Source of the DNA: Botryllus schlosseri
Taxonomy: Eukaryota
Direction of reading: 5' to 3'
Assembly: GCA_051294905.1 (NCBI GenBank)
Contig: CM119371.1
Span: 15,316,001 to 15,376,000 of the forward strand
DNA: 60,000 nt
This document shows, piece after piece, positions 1 to 12,691 of the stretch. The notes beneath the pieces are model-generated. The model searched no databases and was not told where the DNA came from. It saw nothing but the letters and a program-made list of their open reading frames with translations. Numbering within the stretch: position 1 is the first letter of the stretch; the number at the start of each line of letters is the position of its first letter. Position numbers and translations under genes: made by a program.

Positions 1-1100
1 AACAGCGTTTGATGTTTCACAGTGGCCGGGCCCAGTTAATGCAAAGCTACTTGACTCGACACTAGGGATGGTGTGAACGTGAGGTTCACGTTCGCGTTCT
101 GTGTGTGAACCTCGGAAATTCAGAGGTTCGCGTTCACAACAGAACCTTGGTAGGTTCTGCACTGTGAACCTTTTTCATATACTACAATTTTCACTTCATT
201 ACAACATCGTTGGTTCAAATTTATTGCATTTCAACTGCAGGCCACTCTATATGCATGGCGCTATAGGCATAAAAAAATCATCACTAAACGAGAATGTACC
301 TTGACAATCTCAAAAGTTTTACTTGCTTTGTTGCACAAGTTTGCTCGAAATATCCAACTTTCCGTTTGTAAATATTTATTGACTCTCTGCTGCGAGCTTG
401 ACCCACAATCACAAAACATCACGATCGGCATAAGCTATACGTAGGCCTAGTCAGCGAATGATGCTTATTCCACTAATCAGTCTAGCAGGCGTATGGGGTC
501 AATCTTTACTTCATATGTTTACTGGATCATTAAAACCAAATCGGTGCGATTGAGGCGTTGGCTACGGCTGTATAACTTGTTAACGGGGTAATATCGAGAG
601 CAAGTATAGAAACCCGTTTCACACTCTGCTCAATATCAATGTAGCAATACTCAGACGCCGAATATATTTTCCGAACTGTCATACGAAAAAGGTGACTCGA
701 GTCTGACTTGAGTTAAGTCATGACTCGACTCATCCCAACCCTGCTACAAGGCTATAATCTGCATCTTCCTTGCCTGACGGCATATGCACATCATGTAGCC
801 TATATACTCATGGTATGGTATGCATATACGCAGATCGTGTGTATGTATATCATGAGTCGATGTATATGCCGCAAGAACATCAAAGACAAAAATGAACTAC
901 GTCCCTTCCTTCCCTTATATTCCCTGGTATATAAGTCCTCGTCAAAATTGTTGGCAAAGCGACGGAAGATATTGATTTTATGAGATTATTATATCATTTG
1001 ATTGCCCCAGTTGATACATTTGGCGGCGTTTAAAACGTCAATATGTATTTCAGCTTTGTGACGTAATGCTGCCCGAATCGTCGCTAGGTATCGTGTACAT

Positions 1101-2611
1101 CAGTGGTTCTTAACCTTTTTTCGTCCAGCGTCCCCTTTCAAAAATTATTATGCCCCAGCGCCCCCCCCCAACTTCATATTTTAAGGAATGTAATAAAGAC
1201 AATGAGTAAGAGGGAGGGCCGTAACAGCCCTTCGTCAACCCCCCTAAAAACGATTGCCTTGCACACCCATAGCGTGATAAACCGAACTTCTGAGGGCTTC
1301 GCCCCCACGAACCCCATATCGTGATTTTGATGGTCGGCAAAGTTTGTGTGGCCTGGTCGCCCTAGGTACCAAAATTTTCTATAATACATAAATGAATAGG
1401 TGGTAATTACATATATAAGTCGCTATAAACTTTTTATCCTCTCAGCCCACGTAATCAGATTTACCAGTAGCACTGAGTGAGCTGTTGTATAGGAAAATAA
1501 AGGGCACGTAATTAATAATTAAACATATTTGGGCGTGCCCGCAGGTACAATTATTCGTTACCAGGGCCGTAACAGAACTTCGGCAGCCCTCCCCCCAAAC
1601 AAAAAACGTTGGTCCTGGGCCCCCATCGGGTGATAAACCAAACTACCGGGGGACTTCACTCCGCTATTTGCTGATAGCCTATTAGGTATCTACATTGGGT
1701 GTCCATTACCTGAGGCAGCTATTCTCGCCTAGTCGCGCGAAGTGCAAAAAATTTCACTAATTAATGATTGAAATGGTCAATATCATCGGGAATTGCATGT
1801 AAATTGAGATCAATTGTTATCCTTTCTCTGCTCACGTAAACACATTTACCGGTAGAGCTGAGTGAGGTGCAATGTTCCCTCTAAGCTGCGCACGTGCGCA
1901 GTGCTGACACGGTCTCTGCGCACAGAAAATCTACGTTGCGCACAACAAATCCGGAGTTATTACCTTTTTTTAGTCGTTACGCACTGTTGTCCAAGGGTCA
2001 GCGCAGTGAGTTGTTGAGTGTGCGCAGACTCATCAAAACTTAAAGCGAACATTGTGAGGTTTCTTGGAAACTGTAGGGCCCGTTACTAATAATTAAATAT
2101 ATTCGGGCGGGCGATCCCGTTGGTATGACTTCGTTGCATGATGTTATTTCGTGAACCCCTGTCTGCAATATCAAAAAATATAGAATCGCTCAGCGGGGAT
2201 ATCGCCCAACAGGAATATCCCTGTCGCCCAGTCGTACTAAACTGAAAGACGCACACGATTTCAGATTGGTATTTCTTCACTGACATATAACTTTTCCTGC
2301 CAGATGGAATTCGTCTTCTGGGGTTCAGATTGCCAAGACAGGAACATTCGGTGTCAGTCATTTGGGCGCCCATGGAAAATTAAACCTAAATGTATTTTGA
2401 AGGCTATATGTAACGAAGTTTTCGGTGTTAATTTGCTCTGAATACTCATTAAGGATATGTCCTATCACCACATCATCTACTGCAGCGCCATTTTTCTCCA
2501 GCGCCCCCCATACCGCCCCCCTGAGCCCAGCGCCCTCCATATCTCCCCCTGAGCGTTTCCGCCCCCTTCAAAATCGCCAGCGCCCCCTGGGGGCAAGGTT
2601 AAGAACCACTG
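1101..2611. mobile_element. Non-autonomous hAT (Buster-type) element nested in the 63-2773 element
   Basis: TIRs CAGTGGTTCTTAACC / GGTTAAGAACCACTG; TSD gtgtacat on both sides; the homologous host copy near 47021-47040 has the empty site (gtatcgtgtacattaat). Confidence 0.9.
1870..2054. mobile_element. Small MITE with TGCGCA subterminal repeats
   Basis: Imperfect TIRs CAATGTTCCCTCTAAG / CTTAAAGCGAACATTG; flanks tgaggtg / tgaggtt; absent from the homologous sequence near 47660 and 47985. Confidence 0.65.
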
Positions 2612-5600
2612 GTGTACATTAATATAGGCTATCATTTCATTGAAGGATAGGTTGGAATTAGCAATATGACGTCCCGTGACGTCATGAGGTTCACGTTCGT
2701 GTTCACACAGAACCTTCCAAAAAGGTTCGCGTTCACACGAACCAGAACCTTTTAGAGGTTCACACCATCCCTACTCGACACCATATCTCAAAGCTCAAAA
2801 CTCATTAAAGTCTTATTTACGTTCTACCATGAATCGGCTATCAGCTCTATCCTTTCTGTCTATTGAAAGAAACTACGTTCAAAAACTTGAATTTGAGGAT
2901 ATTATCGCTGATTTTGCTTCTGCGAAAGCCCGAAAAGTTAAGTCTTGAGGCGGCGATTGCGATTTTCTATTTGCACAATACATTCGTTCGCTATATTTCT
3001 TGTCTTTATTATTTCTGGCCTTATTAAAGTCGAGACGGTGAGGCTGAGACGTGGCATATTATTTTTAATTCTTTTTATTGACAAGACTGCTTGAACATCG
3101 ATATATGTCAAAATTTGCTGCGGTCTACTTAGAGGGGGGGGGGGGGGGGCGGCATTTCGAGCGAGAGCCAGGGGCGGCAGCACACGCTGCTACGCCAGTG
3201 GATGGAGGAGGTGTTTTCGAAAATGTAGGGCAAGTTATAAATGATGATGCATCTTCGGGTGGGCCAATGGTTATTTAACTTTGTTGCATGCTGTTATTTT
3301 TGACCTCCCATCAGGATTATCGGTATAGTGAGGTGTACACGATTCCGACGAGTTGATATTTCTATATGGGGCGCATCATATTCCTCTGCAGTTCGAATCT
3401 GTAAAGTGAGGCTCTAATTGCAAAGGGCCCTACTACAATAAAATCGGAAAATGAAGTCACCTATTGAAATCTATCAAGAAATCGGGAGTCAATTCGTAAA
3501 TTCAAATTGCATATCGACGGCTGCAATGCCAACACATACTAATTGAATTACGTGTCAACGGCTGCACAAATTTCCTTCGGCTGCAGGTTGGCCACTCTTG
3601 ACTTATATGGTCTACGGCCGCATTCCAGGACATAGTCGCAATGAACTAACTGGACACCAAATACCCGTGTTAAACTGTCCATTTCTGGTGAAGCCCGGAC
3701 TAATCTACCTTTTCATATCGTCTTTACTACACGTATCGAAATCGCTACATATAGTGGTCATGTTATGAATAATGACTGGGACCGTTTATGGTCGCGCAAA
3801 TCGCGAAAAAAATTTAAATTCAGGAATCAATTTCGTCAATAATACTCTTAATTTTACATATTACTACCAAATATTTATTCTTTATCAGCCAAAGTGGCCA
3901 CGAAGACTGTGGATAAACCGACCGCGCAAACTGGAATAATATTCATCTATTTGACAATATCAGGCATGTTTAGAACTAGATAGATATCTTTGGACAATAT
4001 CCAGAGATGAAGCGTTTTGAAGTAGGACCAAGCACCTTGTCGAGCTATCTCGCTCATTTCCCACTACTACAAGGCGTAGCCTACGAGTACAACGCTCCGC
4101 ACGAAAAACCTGGCAAGAACGATACCTGGCCATCCACAAAGTTAATGAATCGAGAACGAATGATCGTGCGAATTGCGCGGTTTAGCGAGTCAGCTCGTAT
4201 ACTTACCGAGTCGCTCGCATGTCGTCACCAGAAACAACTTGAACTTTCAGTGACAGTGACAGGAACATTCGGTGTCAGTCATTTGGGCGCCCATGGAAAA
4301 TTAAACCTAAATGTATTTTGAAGGCTATATGTAACGAAGTTTTCGGTGTTAATTTGCTCTGAATACTCATTAAGGATATGTCCTATCACCACATCATCTA
4401 CTGCAGCGCCATTTTTCTCCAGCGCCCCCCATACCGCCCCCCTGAGCCCAGCGCCCCCCATATCTCCCCCTGAGCGTTTCCGCCCCCTTCAAAATCGCCA
4501 GCGCCCCCTGGGGGGCGCTGGGGGCAAGGTTAAGAACCACTGGTGTACATTAATATAGGCTATCATTTCATTGAAGGATAGGTTGGAATTAGCAATATGA
4601 CGTCCCGTGACGTCATGAGGTTCACGTTCGTGTTCACACAGAACCTTCCAAAAAGGTTCGCGTTCACACGAACCAGAACCTTTTAGAGGTTCACACCATC
4701 CCTACTCGACACCATATCTCAAAGCTCAAAACTCATTAAAGTCTTATTTACGTTCTACCATGAATCGGCTATCAGCTCTATCCTTTCTGTCTATTGAAAG
4801 AGACTACGTTCAAAAACTTGAATTTGAGGATATTATCGCTGATTTTGCTTCTGCGAAAGCCCGAAAAGTTAAGTCTTGAGGCGGCGATTGCGATTTTCTA
4901 TTTGCACAATACATTCGTTCGCTATATTTCTTGTCTTTATTATTTCTGGCCTTATTAAAGTCGAGACGGTGAGGCTGAGACGTAGCATATTATTTTTAAT
5001 TCTTTTTATTGACAAGACTGCTTGAACATCGATATATGTCAAAATTTGCTGCGGTCTACTTAGAGGGGGGGGGGGGCGGCATTTCGAGCGAGAGCCAGGG
5101 GCGGCAGCACACGCTGCTACGCCAGTGGATGGAGGAGGTGTTTTCGAAAATTTAGGGCAAGTTATAAATGATGATGCATCTTCGGGTGGGCCAATGGTTA
5201 TTTAACTTTGTTGCATGCTGTTATTTTTGACCTCCCATCAGGATTATCGGTATAGTGAGGTGTACACGATTCCGACGAGTTGATATTTCTATATGGGGCG
5301 CATCATATTCCTCTGCAGTTCGAATCTGTAAAGTGAGGCTCTAATTGCAAAGGGCCCTACTACAATAAAATCGGAAAATGAAGTCACCTATTGAAATCTA
5401 TCAAGAAATCGGGAGTCAATTCGTAAATTCAAATTGCATATCGACGGCTGCAATGCTAACACATACTAATTGAATTACGTGTCAACGGCTGCACAAATTT
5501 CCTTCGGCTGCAGGTTGGCCACTCTTGACTTATATGGTCTACGGCCGCATTCCAGGACATAGTCGCAATGAACTAACTGGACACCAAATACCCGTGTTAA

Positions 5601-6179
5601 ACTGTCCATTTCTGGTGAAGCCCGGACTAATCTACCTTTTCATATCGTCTTACTACACGTATCGAAATCGCTACATATAGTGGTCATGTTATGAATAATG
5701 ACTGGGACCGTTTATGGTCGCGCAAATCGCGAAAAAAATTTAAATTCAGGAATCAATTTCGTCAATAATACTCTTAATTTTACATATTACTACCAAATAT
5801 TTATTCTTTATCAGCCAAAGTGGCCACGAAGACTGTGGATAAACCGACCGCGCAAACTGGAATAATATTCATCTATTTGACAATATCAGGCATGTTTAGA
5901 ACTAGATAGATATCTTTGGACAATATCCAGAGACGAAGCGTTTTGAAGTAGGACCAAGCACCTTGTCGAGCTATCTCGCTCATTTCCCACTACTACAAGG
6001 CGTAGCCTACGAGTACAACGCTCCGCACGAAAAACCTGGCAAGAACGATGCCTGGCCATCCACAAAGTTAATGAATCGAGAACGAATGATCGTGCGAATT
6101 GCGCGGTTTAGCGAGTCAGCTCGTATACTTACCGAGTCGCTCGCATGTCGTCACCAGAAACAACTTGAACTTTCAGTGA
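2337..6179 (+). repeat. Near-identical ~1.92-kb tandem duplication (2337-4253 and 4258-6179)
   Basis: The copies differ only by a handful of SNPs, poly-G length and one ~10-nt indel; duplicated ORFs appear in the track; junction reads tttcagtgacagtgacaggaac. Confidence 0.95.
2785..3200 (+). mobile_element. hAT transposase C-terminal relic (Tip100/ZMYM1-like dimerisation domain) plus right end; duplicated at ~4716-5126
   Basis: Translates as KLIKSYLRSTMNRLSALSFLSIERNYVQKLEFEDIIADFASAKARKVKS*; ends in gctacgccagtg, a Tip100-type terminus. Confidence 0.75.
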
Positions 6180-6645
6180 AATTGACCATGTTTCCAGGCC
6201 TAATCTTACCTCACGAAGTTCTGCTTCAGTTTAAAATTTGATGTTTTATTTATTATACCGATGGACAAGCCTTCAACATCTTGCATTTCGAAATTAAGGT
6301 ATCAAATCTTACTCTTCCTCGCGGACCGGCAGAAAAGTCGTCGCGGACCGGCACCGGCGGTTGAGAACCACTGGTCTAAACTACTGTCCTTATAATACGG
6401 GCACGGGCATCATTCCATGACATTTTTGGACTATTTTATTCGATAAATCATCAGATGCGCCTGGCACATCTGCCGCAATGTCCAATCAAGAAATCACAAT
6501 TTATTACTCAAATGAGGTGTCACTAAATAGATAGAATCCTGATCGAATGAACCACAATGGCATTTCGAATTGTATCTTAATCCCTCTGAAGCATCAGCAC
6601 AACTGAAACTCATTCCAAGGTCATAGACGCACGTTCAAACATTAT

Positions 6646-8307
6646 TCACAGGGTTTTTAGCGCACATTGTGACATCTCATGTCCTCTATCATCCATTTCC
6701 TTCACCATTACAGATCCAAAAACTCCGAGAAATTTATATGTTACCTTCGTCTTGCACCATTTTTTGTTCAAGTGATCGTACTTCTCAATGGCATCAGTGT
6801 CGCCAAACTCATTCACTACAAAAATCCAACTGCCGATGCAATAAGCAGCATTGTCACCACGACAGGAATTCATAGATGGCGATGAAGTCCATTGAGCTGA
6901 AGTAACATTGTAACATTCTACGTTATCGATGTCATCTTCTCCACTCCACCCACCGATCACAAATATCCTCTGATAAACTGCAACAGCTCCACTACCAGAC
7001 ACAGGATATCGCACTGGATCGAGGTCAACCCACTCTGATGAGGATGGAGAGAATCTGCAGAACGAAGAAACAACGACACCATCTCGCAAGCCCCCGATAC
7101 AATAAATAGAACCATCCAATGATACAAGACTTGCATGCGCAATTGCTGATGGTTTGCTTTCCAGCTGAAACCATCTATTTTCAGACGAGTCAAATTTTTC
7201 CACATCAGCTGTTGCTGTGAATGGGCTTCCTCCAATAACGAATATTGATCCAGTTGAACAAACTGTGCGCGGATACCAACCATGGTCACAAATCATATCG
7301 TCCATATTTTCCCATCTTGAATTTTTGTCAACAAAATTGAGCCGATGAACTGATTTAGCTTCACAAAGTACATATATATATGAGTCATGGAGAATCGCTG
7401 TGAAAGATTCATCGAAATCACACTTCGCATTATGAAATTTTTTCATTTCCTGTGTTCTCGTATTAAAGGATCGGAGGCAATGAGCACGATAGTCGAAAAG
7501 AATTAACAAGTTATCAGCGTCATTACCCTCTTTGACATTGACTGAAGCTTTCAGAATATGTCCAGTGAATAACTTGTACAACTCCAAGTCGTTGCTTATA
7601 CGGGGATGAGTTTCTAAAATATGTTGCAAATACACCGAGGAGATTTGATGAATCTTGATTACTTCAAGAAATTCGTGCAAATATTCGCTTTTACTTTGAA
7701 ATTTGTCGATCCACTTGAGCGATACCGCAAGTTTTTCTTCTTCGCATAATTTGGATTCTCTCAATTTCAAAAGAGTGAGAAGATCATCTTTTTCAATGCT
7801 TTCAAACCCAGGTTGGTTTGAGATTTCCAAGATATTTTCCAGTAAAAATATTCTACATCTCGAAGAAACATCAACCAGTCCATAAATATCACCCACATTT
7901 CTGGTAGAAAAATAATTTTCAATAGTAAGTGAATCTGCCAAAATATTGGACACAGCTTGCTTTACATCTTCCAACTGCATCATAATTGCGACGTGAAGAA
8001 GATCAACGATACTTCCATCAGGAATCTCAAATTCACCAGAATATATGAAGTCGATGCAATTTTTTACGCACTCTGAATCAACGTCTTTGAAAACAACCCT
8101 TCCTTCACGACTCTCTTTTGTGTCATGCCTCAGCATAGCTCTAAAATAAGCGGAGCCAGCCGACAATACATTTTTGTGTGTACAATAGACATCATCTCCA
8201 GCTTGAATTATGAAATCACAATGGTCGCTATCTTGCTTCATTCGGTGCAATTCAGCCATCATACAAACTGCGTGCTTTTCCACATCAGGACGTACAACTC
8301 GCACCAT
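6646..8307 (-). CDS. Intronless BTB-BACK-Kelch (KLHL-like) protein, 553 aa, intact
   Basis: BTB (CDFIIQAG...HKNVLSAGSAYFRAML...CIDFIYSG), BACK region, kelch blades with hydrophobic-GG motifs (IFVIGG, IYCIGG, IFVIGG) and conserved Y/W; uninterrupted ORF. Confidence 0.93.
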   Translation of the reverse strand: MVRVVRPDVEKHAVCMMAELHRMKQDSDHCDFIIQAGDDVYCTHKNVLSAGSAYFRAMLRHDTKESREGRVVFKDVDSECVKNCIDFIYSGEFEIPDGSIVDLLHVAIMMQLEDVKQAVSNILADSLTIENYFSTRNVGDIYGLVDVSSRCRIFLLENILEISNQPGFESIEKDDLLTLLKLRESKLCEEEKLAVSLKWIDKFQSKSEYLHEFLEVIKIHQISSVYLQHILETHPRISNDLELYKLFTGHILKASVNVKEGNDADNLLILFDYRAHCLRSFNTRTQEMKKFHNAKCDFDESFTAILHDSYIYVLCEAKSVHRLNFVDKNSRWENMDDMICDHGWYPRTVCSTGSIFVIGGSPFTATADVEKFDSSENRWFQLESKPSAIAHASLVSLDGSIYCIGGLRDGVVVSSFCRFSPSSSEWVDLDPVRYPVSGSGAVAVYQRIFVIGGWSGEDDIDNVECYNVTSAQWTSSPSMNSCRGDNAAYCIGSWIFVVNEFGDTDAIEKYDHLNKKWCKTKVTYKFLGVFGSVMVKEMDDRGHEMSQCALKTL

Positions 8308-8499
8308 GATAACTAATCACCCGTCAAGGATACAATAATAGAGACTAGTCCTGTTTTGAAAGTATAGGCCACATGATTATATATAAACAGGTATAGAATT
8401 AGGGAGTGTTGATTGTCAAAATGAATAACATTGATAGATTAACCTGCATTGGAAAACTGCAGGGGGTGCTCATCAACGATGGTATTACTATATTAATGG

Positions 8500-8801
8500 C
8501 AGGGTTGTAACCAATTCACTTTTATAGTTTTGATTAGATTCAAGTCGAGTCATTTTCAATTCACCATCGAGTCCGGGTCCAAGTCATTATGTTCACTGTT
8601 CAGTTTCGAATTAAAGTCTTGTTAAACTCTGCTTGGTGCTATCAAATGCTTCTCATTGAGAATATACCAATTTTCAACATTTTTAACAGTTTCTGGTCGC
8701 AGTTTCTATCACCCGTACTAATAGACGAAATAGCAATGATGCGGAAATGTGATTATTGGCCGACCGAGTCTCAAGTCATGATTCCAGTCATTACAACCCT
8801 G
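8500..8801. mobile_element. hAT-type MITE (CAGGGTTGTAA family)
   Basis: TIRs CAGGGTTGTAA / TTACAACCCTG; TSD attaatgg / attaatag; GAGTC repeats; related to 10332-10915. Confidence 0.8.
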
Positions 8802-9379
8802 ATTAATAGAGTAGATGGCTAAATGATATAACAATGAACATGAATAATAATTTTCACATGTCAGCCTACACCAAATCGGATTGATTCAACAGCATTTAAA
8901 TAAAATCAAGTGGTTTAGCACTGTTTCAATGTAATGCTAAGTAAAAATAACAGTAGTCTAATTTCGAACAATATATACCAGTGGTTCAACAAAGTAGACC
9001 AAGAATGCAATTACGACTGATTTGGACAATTGGATTTGTTTTGAAATAAATTTGACTTTGCTAGAATCTACTATACTTCCAAATATTGCGGACAGCGATA
9101 AATTTTTTCAAAGTTTGTTTAAATAGTTGTGTACCGTAGCTTTCTCATATAGTACTGGTCCTAAATGAGTTGCAGGCTAACTTCCAAACAGTTTAGTATA
9201 GAACACATAAAACATTCTGAAATAGGATAAATCAAAAGTAGAACGTGAGCTCTATATCACATTAGAGAAGGTTCTAAATTCACAGAGTCCAACCTTAACA
9301 GGTTGAATTTATACATGCTTCATTCTCGTATGCAGATGTTCCTGTTCCCAGCTCGCTAATACTGCCTAGAACCTGGGAA

Positions 9380-9690
9380 GGTGTTTATGCGCTTCCTGGT
9401 CTGTTCCAGCACAATTTTTCGCTTGTTACTGTTTCACACCCACGTCGTCACGCGAGTTAATTGTCGGACCCGTCGCCGTCTCAGGGTCTCACGCTACGAT
9501 TCGATTATACCTGTGATATGCGACCCGTACGCTTATCGCTCCATGTACTGCAAGGCCATTAGATGTTCAAGAACAAACTACTACACGCCACCATAAACAA
9601 CGATTGGCCGTCAACAATATAAACATTTGAGCAACTGGATACCATCAGCAGTCAGCTCAGCGTGTTCTCCTACTCAATATTATTGTTTAT
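9380..9690 (+). mobile_element. Possible degenerate LINE (CR1/L2-like) 3' end
   Basis: Broken translation RCSRTNYY...IGRQQYKHLSNWIPSAVSSACS resembles LINE ORF2 C-terminal tails; followed by a GA microsatellite. Confidence 0.3.
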
Positions 9691-9694
9691 TTTT

Positions 9695-9726
9695 GAGCGA
9701 GAGAGAGAGAGAAAGAGAGAGAGAGA
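9695..9726. repeat. (GA)n microsatellite
   Basis: gagcgagagagagagagaaagagagagagaga seen directly. Confidence 0.9.
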
Positions 9727-10331
9727 ATTTATTAGTCATCCAGTGAGCAAATCAATGATTCTAGCATACCTATGATTACAGCAATACAGAGGAATAAAAT
9801 ATTATAGCAAATATGGTAAAGAGGCTTAGCTGATACAGCAGTAAATAACGGTCCAGCTACCGGAGAGCAGAATCCATCCGGCTCCGGGTGGCCATTTGAA
9901 ATTCGGTAACCGAAAAATATATGGAAGAAGTGTTTGAAATTTAGAGTCCGGAAAAAAAGACAAACTAAATCATACTAATTGCTGATACTTCAGTGCAGCG
10001 GCGGGCAACATACGGCCTGCGAACCGGATCCGCCCCGCTACGGGATTTCGAACGGCCCGCTGCCACAGTCTGCCGCAATTCCCCATTATTTGCTTGCTAC
10101 GTCAAATTAGAGTGACTCGTCTAGTGTATTCTTTTATTCTTTGTTTTATTTTTATTCTTAGTTTCTTTGTTCTTTGTTCTTGGTTCTTGGTTGATGTCTT
10201 TGAACACATTAATGAATTGAGCAATGAACACCAGATTTCAAGGGAAGAGTACTTTTGCTCACGAAATCTTCTCAACAGTAAAGGCATTCAGGGCGAAGCA
10301 AAGACGGGTCAGGTCTGCGTGCATATTTGAG

Positions 10332-10915
10332 CAGGGTTGTAATGACTCGAGTCATGACTCGACTCGAGTCAGACTCGAGTCACGATTTTCAGATGACTCG
10401 ACTCGACTCGAGTCATTTTCTCAAAATACGGAAATGACTCGACTCGACTCGAGTCAATCTGTGTATTGACTCGACTTGGACTCGAGTCATTGCGCATGAC
10501 TCGAAGCAAGTCATTGACTCGAGATTCAGACGGCCAAGACCGACATTTCATTGTAATTTCGAAGCCAACACACTATTGGGATTTCGTTTGTTGGTACTGG
10601 TGCTTGAAAATGCGACCAGAAACTGCTAAAAGTGAGGAAAATTGATGTATTATAAATGCGAACCATTCAATATCACCAAACAGAGTTAAAAAAGTGGGTT
10701 TAGGAAGACTTTAACTGGAAACTGAGCAGTCAACACAATGACTTGGACTCGGACTCGAGTCATAATACCATGACTCGGACTCGATCATCTGTTCGCTGAC
10801 TTGGACTCGGACTTGACTCGGTGGGAATTGAAAATGACTCGACTTGACTCGAGTCAAAAATATAAAAGTGAGATTGACTTGTGACTCGAAACCTTGTGAC
10901 CTGGTTGCAACCCTG
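10332..10915. mobile_element. hAT-type MITE with dense GACTCGAGTC palindromic subterminal arrays
   Basis: TIRs CAGGGTTG / CAACCCTG; perfect TSD tatttgag. Confidence 0.9.
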
Positions 10916-11233
10916 TATTTGAGCAAACAATCCCGAACATTAACAATATAAAGCTGCGTTCTAATATAACTGATGGTCACATGCAGTATTTACTAATGGG
11001 TTCTACGTCCGACATCGACATGCCACCAGAGTTAAAAGAAGTTGTTGTTGCCAACTTTGATCGATCACCACATATGTCTCATCGACTTCAACATCTATTG
11101 AAGTGCATTGCATTATTGAATTCTTCAAATACTGCTTTTATTCTCTATGCTTTATACCTAAAGTTTACATTAAATGCGATTTATTCCTTGTATAGCTGGA
11201 TGTGGGTGGATATATACGCGATTAATGTGATGC

Positions 11234-11595
11234 GGAAGCGATTGGCGCAGTTGGTAAAGCACCAGCGTCACGACACGAATCCCGGTTCGGACCCATTTCT
11301 ATGTGTCGGAGGTTTATCTGGGCTCCTCATCGCCAACCTCGCTGCGACTGCAGTGTAAAGAAAGTGAATTGAAAAGAATGAATAAGGTGAACCGATCGAG
11401 CCACAAATCGGTAGCAAAATACAAGATACGAACGCACGAAAACAGAGAGAAACCAATGGTAGGAGAGCGCGTGTATATGGAAGTTTTGCGTAATCTGACG
11501 AAAAGACCCCGAAACATTAATAAATTTCCTGTGCGGGCGCAAATGACTAAATGAGTTGTTAAGCGCCTATATTGTAAATAAAACAAACAAAAAGC
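11234..11595 (+). mobile_element. tRNA-derived SINE (family B)
   Basis: A box TGGCGCAGTTGG, B box GGTTCGGACC, central ggaggtttatctgggctcctcatcgcc, A-rich tail; relatives at 12161-12532 and 46269-46545. Confidence 0.75.
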
Positions 11596-12160
11596 GAACA
11601 ATGCGACCCGCCAAGTGCTCGTTTTCCCATTTCTGGCCCGCCGACTGGAGAAGTTGCCCGTCCCAGCTTTAGTGGAAAATACTGCTAAACTTCGACTTTC
11701 AAAACGAATTTACAATCCGGATCCAGTCTGGCTACAATAAAAATCGATGAATTCCTGCTCCTGCTCCGATCCTGAACCGGATCAACGCTATGTTGGGAGT
11801 TGCTATGACCGGGTCGTGATCAAAACTGCCCAGAAGCATGCACTTGATGAGCGTAAAGTTGGGTTCGTGGGTCAGTGCTATAGTTACAAATGAATAGATA
11901 TGAAACGATGAAATCAGCTACAGCTCAGGTATCGGGGTATGTATTACTAAATATCAAAGCGCTAAGGCATAATGCGACGTAATAAACAGATAGGAGGATG
12001 CCAAACGACCAGTTGCTGTTGCAGTTGCGGTCTCTTAAAGTGGCTTCCACCTCGGCCGGTGTCCGATGTCGCAGTTCTTTATTTGATTCTAGTCTCAATC
12101 CGCGCATCTATGTTTGCTGTTTCCATTCCTTGTAAATGCACTCTTTCATCTGGTCTATCT

Positions 12161-12532
12161 GGGGAAGCGAGTGGCGCAGTTGGTAAAACACTGTAGTCAC
12201 GACACCAATGGGGATCACGGTTCTGACCAACGTCTACGTGTCGAGGTTTCTCTGGGCTCCTCATCGCCGACCTCACTACTACGGTAGTGCATTGAAAAGC
12301 CCATACTGAAAGTGAGCCGTGCTATAAGTCGGCAGCAGAGACCACGATGGGGACGCATGGGAGTGAGAGACAATGAAGATGACAGCGAGAGAGAATGATA
12401 AAGACGTTCCCAACAAGACAAAGAAAAAAATGCAAAGACCAATGAACTTTATGAAATTCATGTCGTGGGGCACAATGCCTAGAAGGGCGATAAGCCCCAC
12501 TGTGTTGTGCCTATCAATACAATACAATACAA
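12161..12532 (+). mobile_element. tRNA-derived SINE (family B)
   Basis: A box TGGCGCAGTTGG, B-box-like GGTTCTGACC, (CAATA)n tail, approximate TSD atctggtc(t/c)at. Confidence 0.75.
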
Positions 12533-12691
12533 TCTGGTCCATTACTTGGCTTTTGTTCTGTAAGAACAGCGACGCGGGAGAGAGGAGCACCAGAATAACC
12601 TCGGTTTGCAAATAAACCTAATTATGTACCCAGACCGTCGGGTGGCAGATGCTTATCGCCACCACTGCGTAAACGACAAACGTGCATGTAA

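Larger units (their letters stand above)
63..2773. mobile_element. Non-autonomous hAT (Ac-type) element with nested insertions
   Basis: TIRs TAGGGATGGTGTGAAC / GTTCACACCATCCCTA; perfect 8-bp TSD ctcgacac (55-62, 2774-2781); subterminal GTTCAC/GTGAAC repeats; second family member at 45935-47190. Confidence 0.9.
9996..11666 (+). mobile_element. hAT (Buster/SPIN-like) deletion derivative with transposase relic
   Basis: TIRs CAGCGGCGGGCAAC / GTTGCCCGTCCCAG; TSD cttcagtg / ctttagtg; relic FLVDVFEHINEL / NTRFQGKSTFAHEIFSTVKAFRAK and LRSNITDGHMQYLL. Confidence 0.8.

Noticed and set aside
101..6241. Short ORFs in 0.1-6.2 kb (and most other 60-120 aa ORFs in the track)
   Set aside because: They lie within TIR elements or the duplication, or are antisense shadows of real genes; no protein-like features.
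10340..10900. GACTCGAGTC arrays as CRISPR-like or iteron repeats
   Set aside because: No constant repeat with unique spacers; they are subterminal repeats of a TIR element with an 8-bp TSD in eukaryotic DNA.
11234..12240. tRNA genes suggested by A/B boxes at 11243 and 12172 (also 57325)
   Set aside because: No complete cloverleaf; followed by a shared SINE core and simple-repeat tails.
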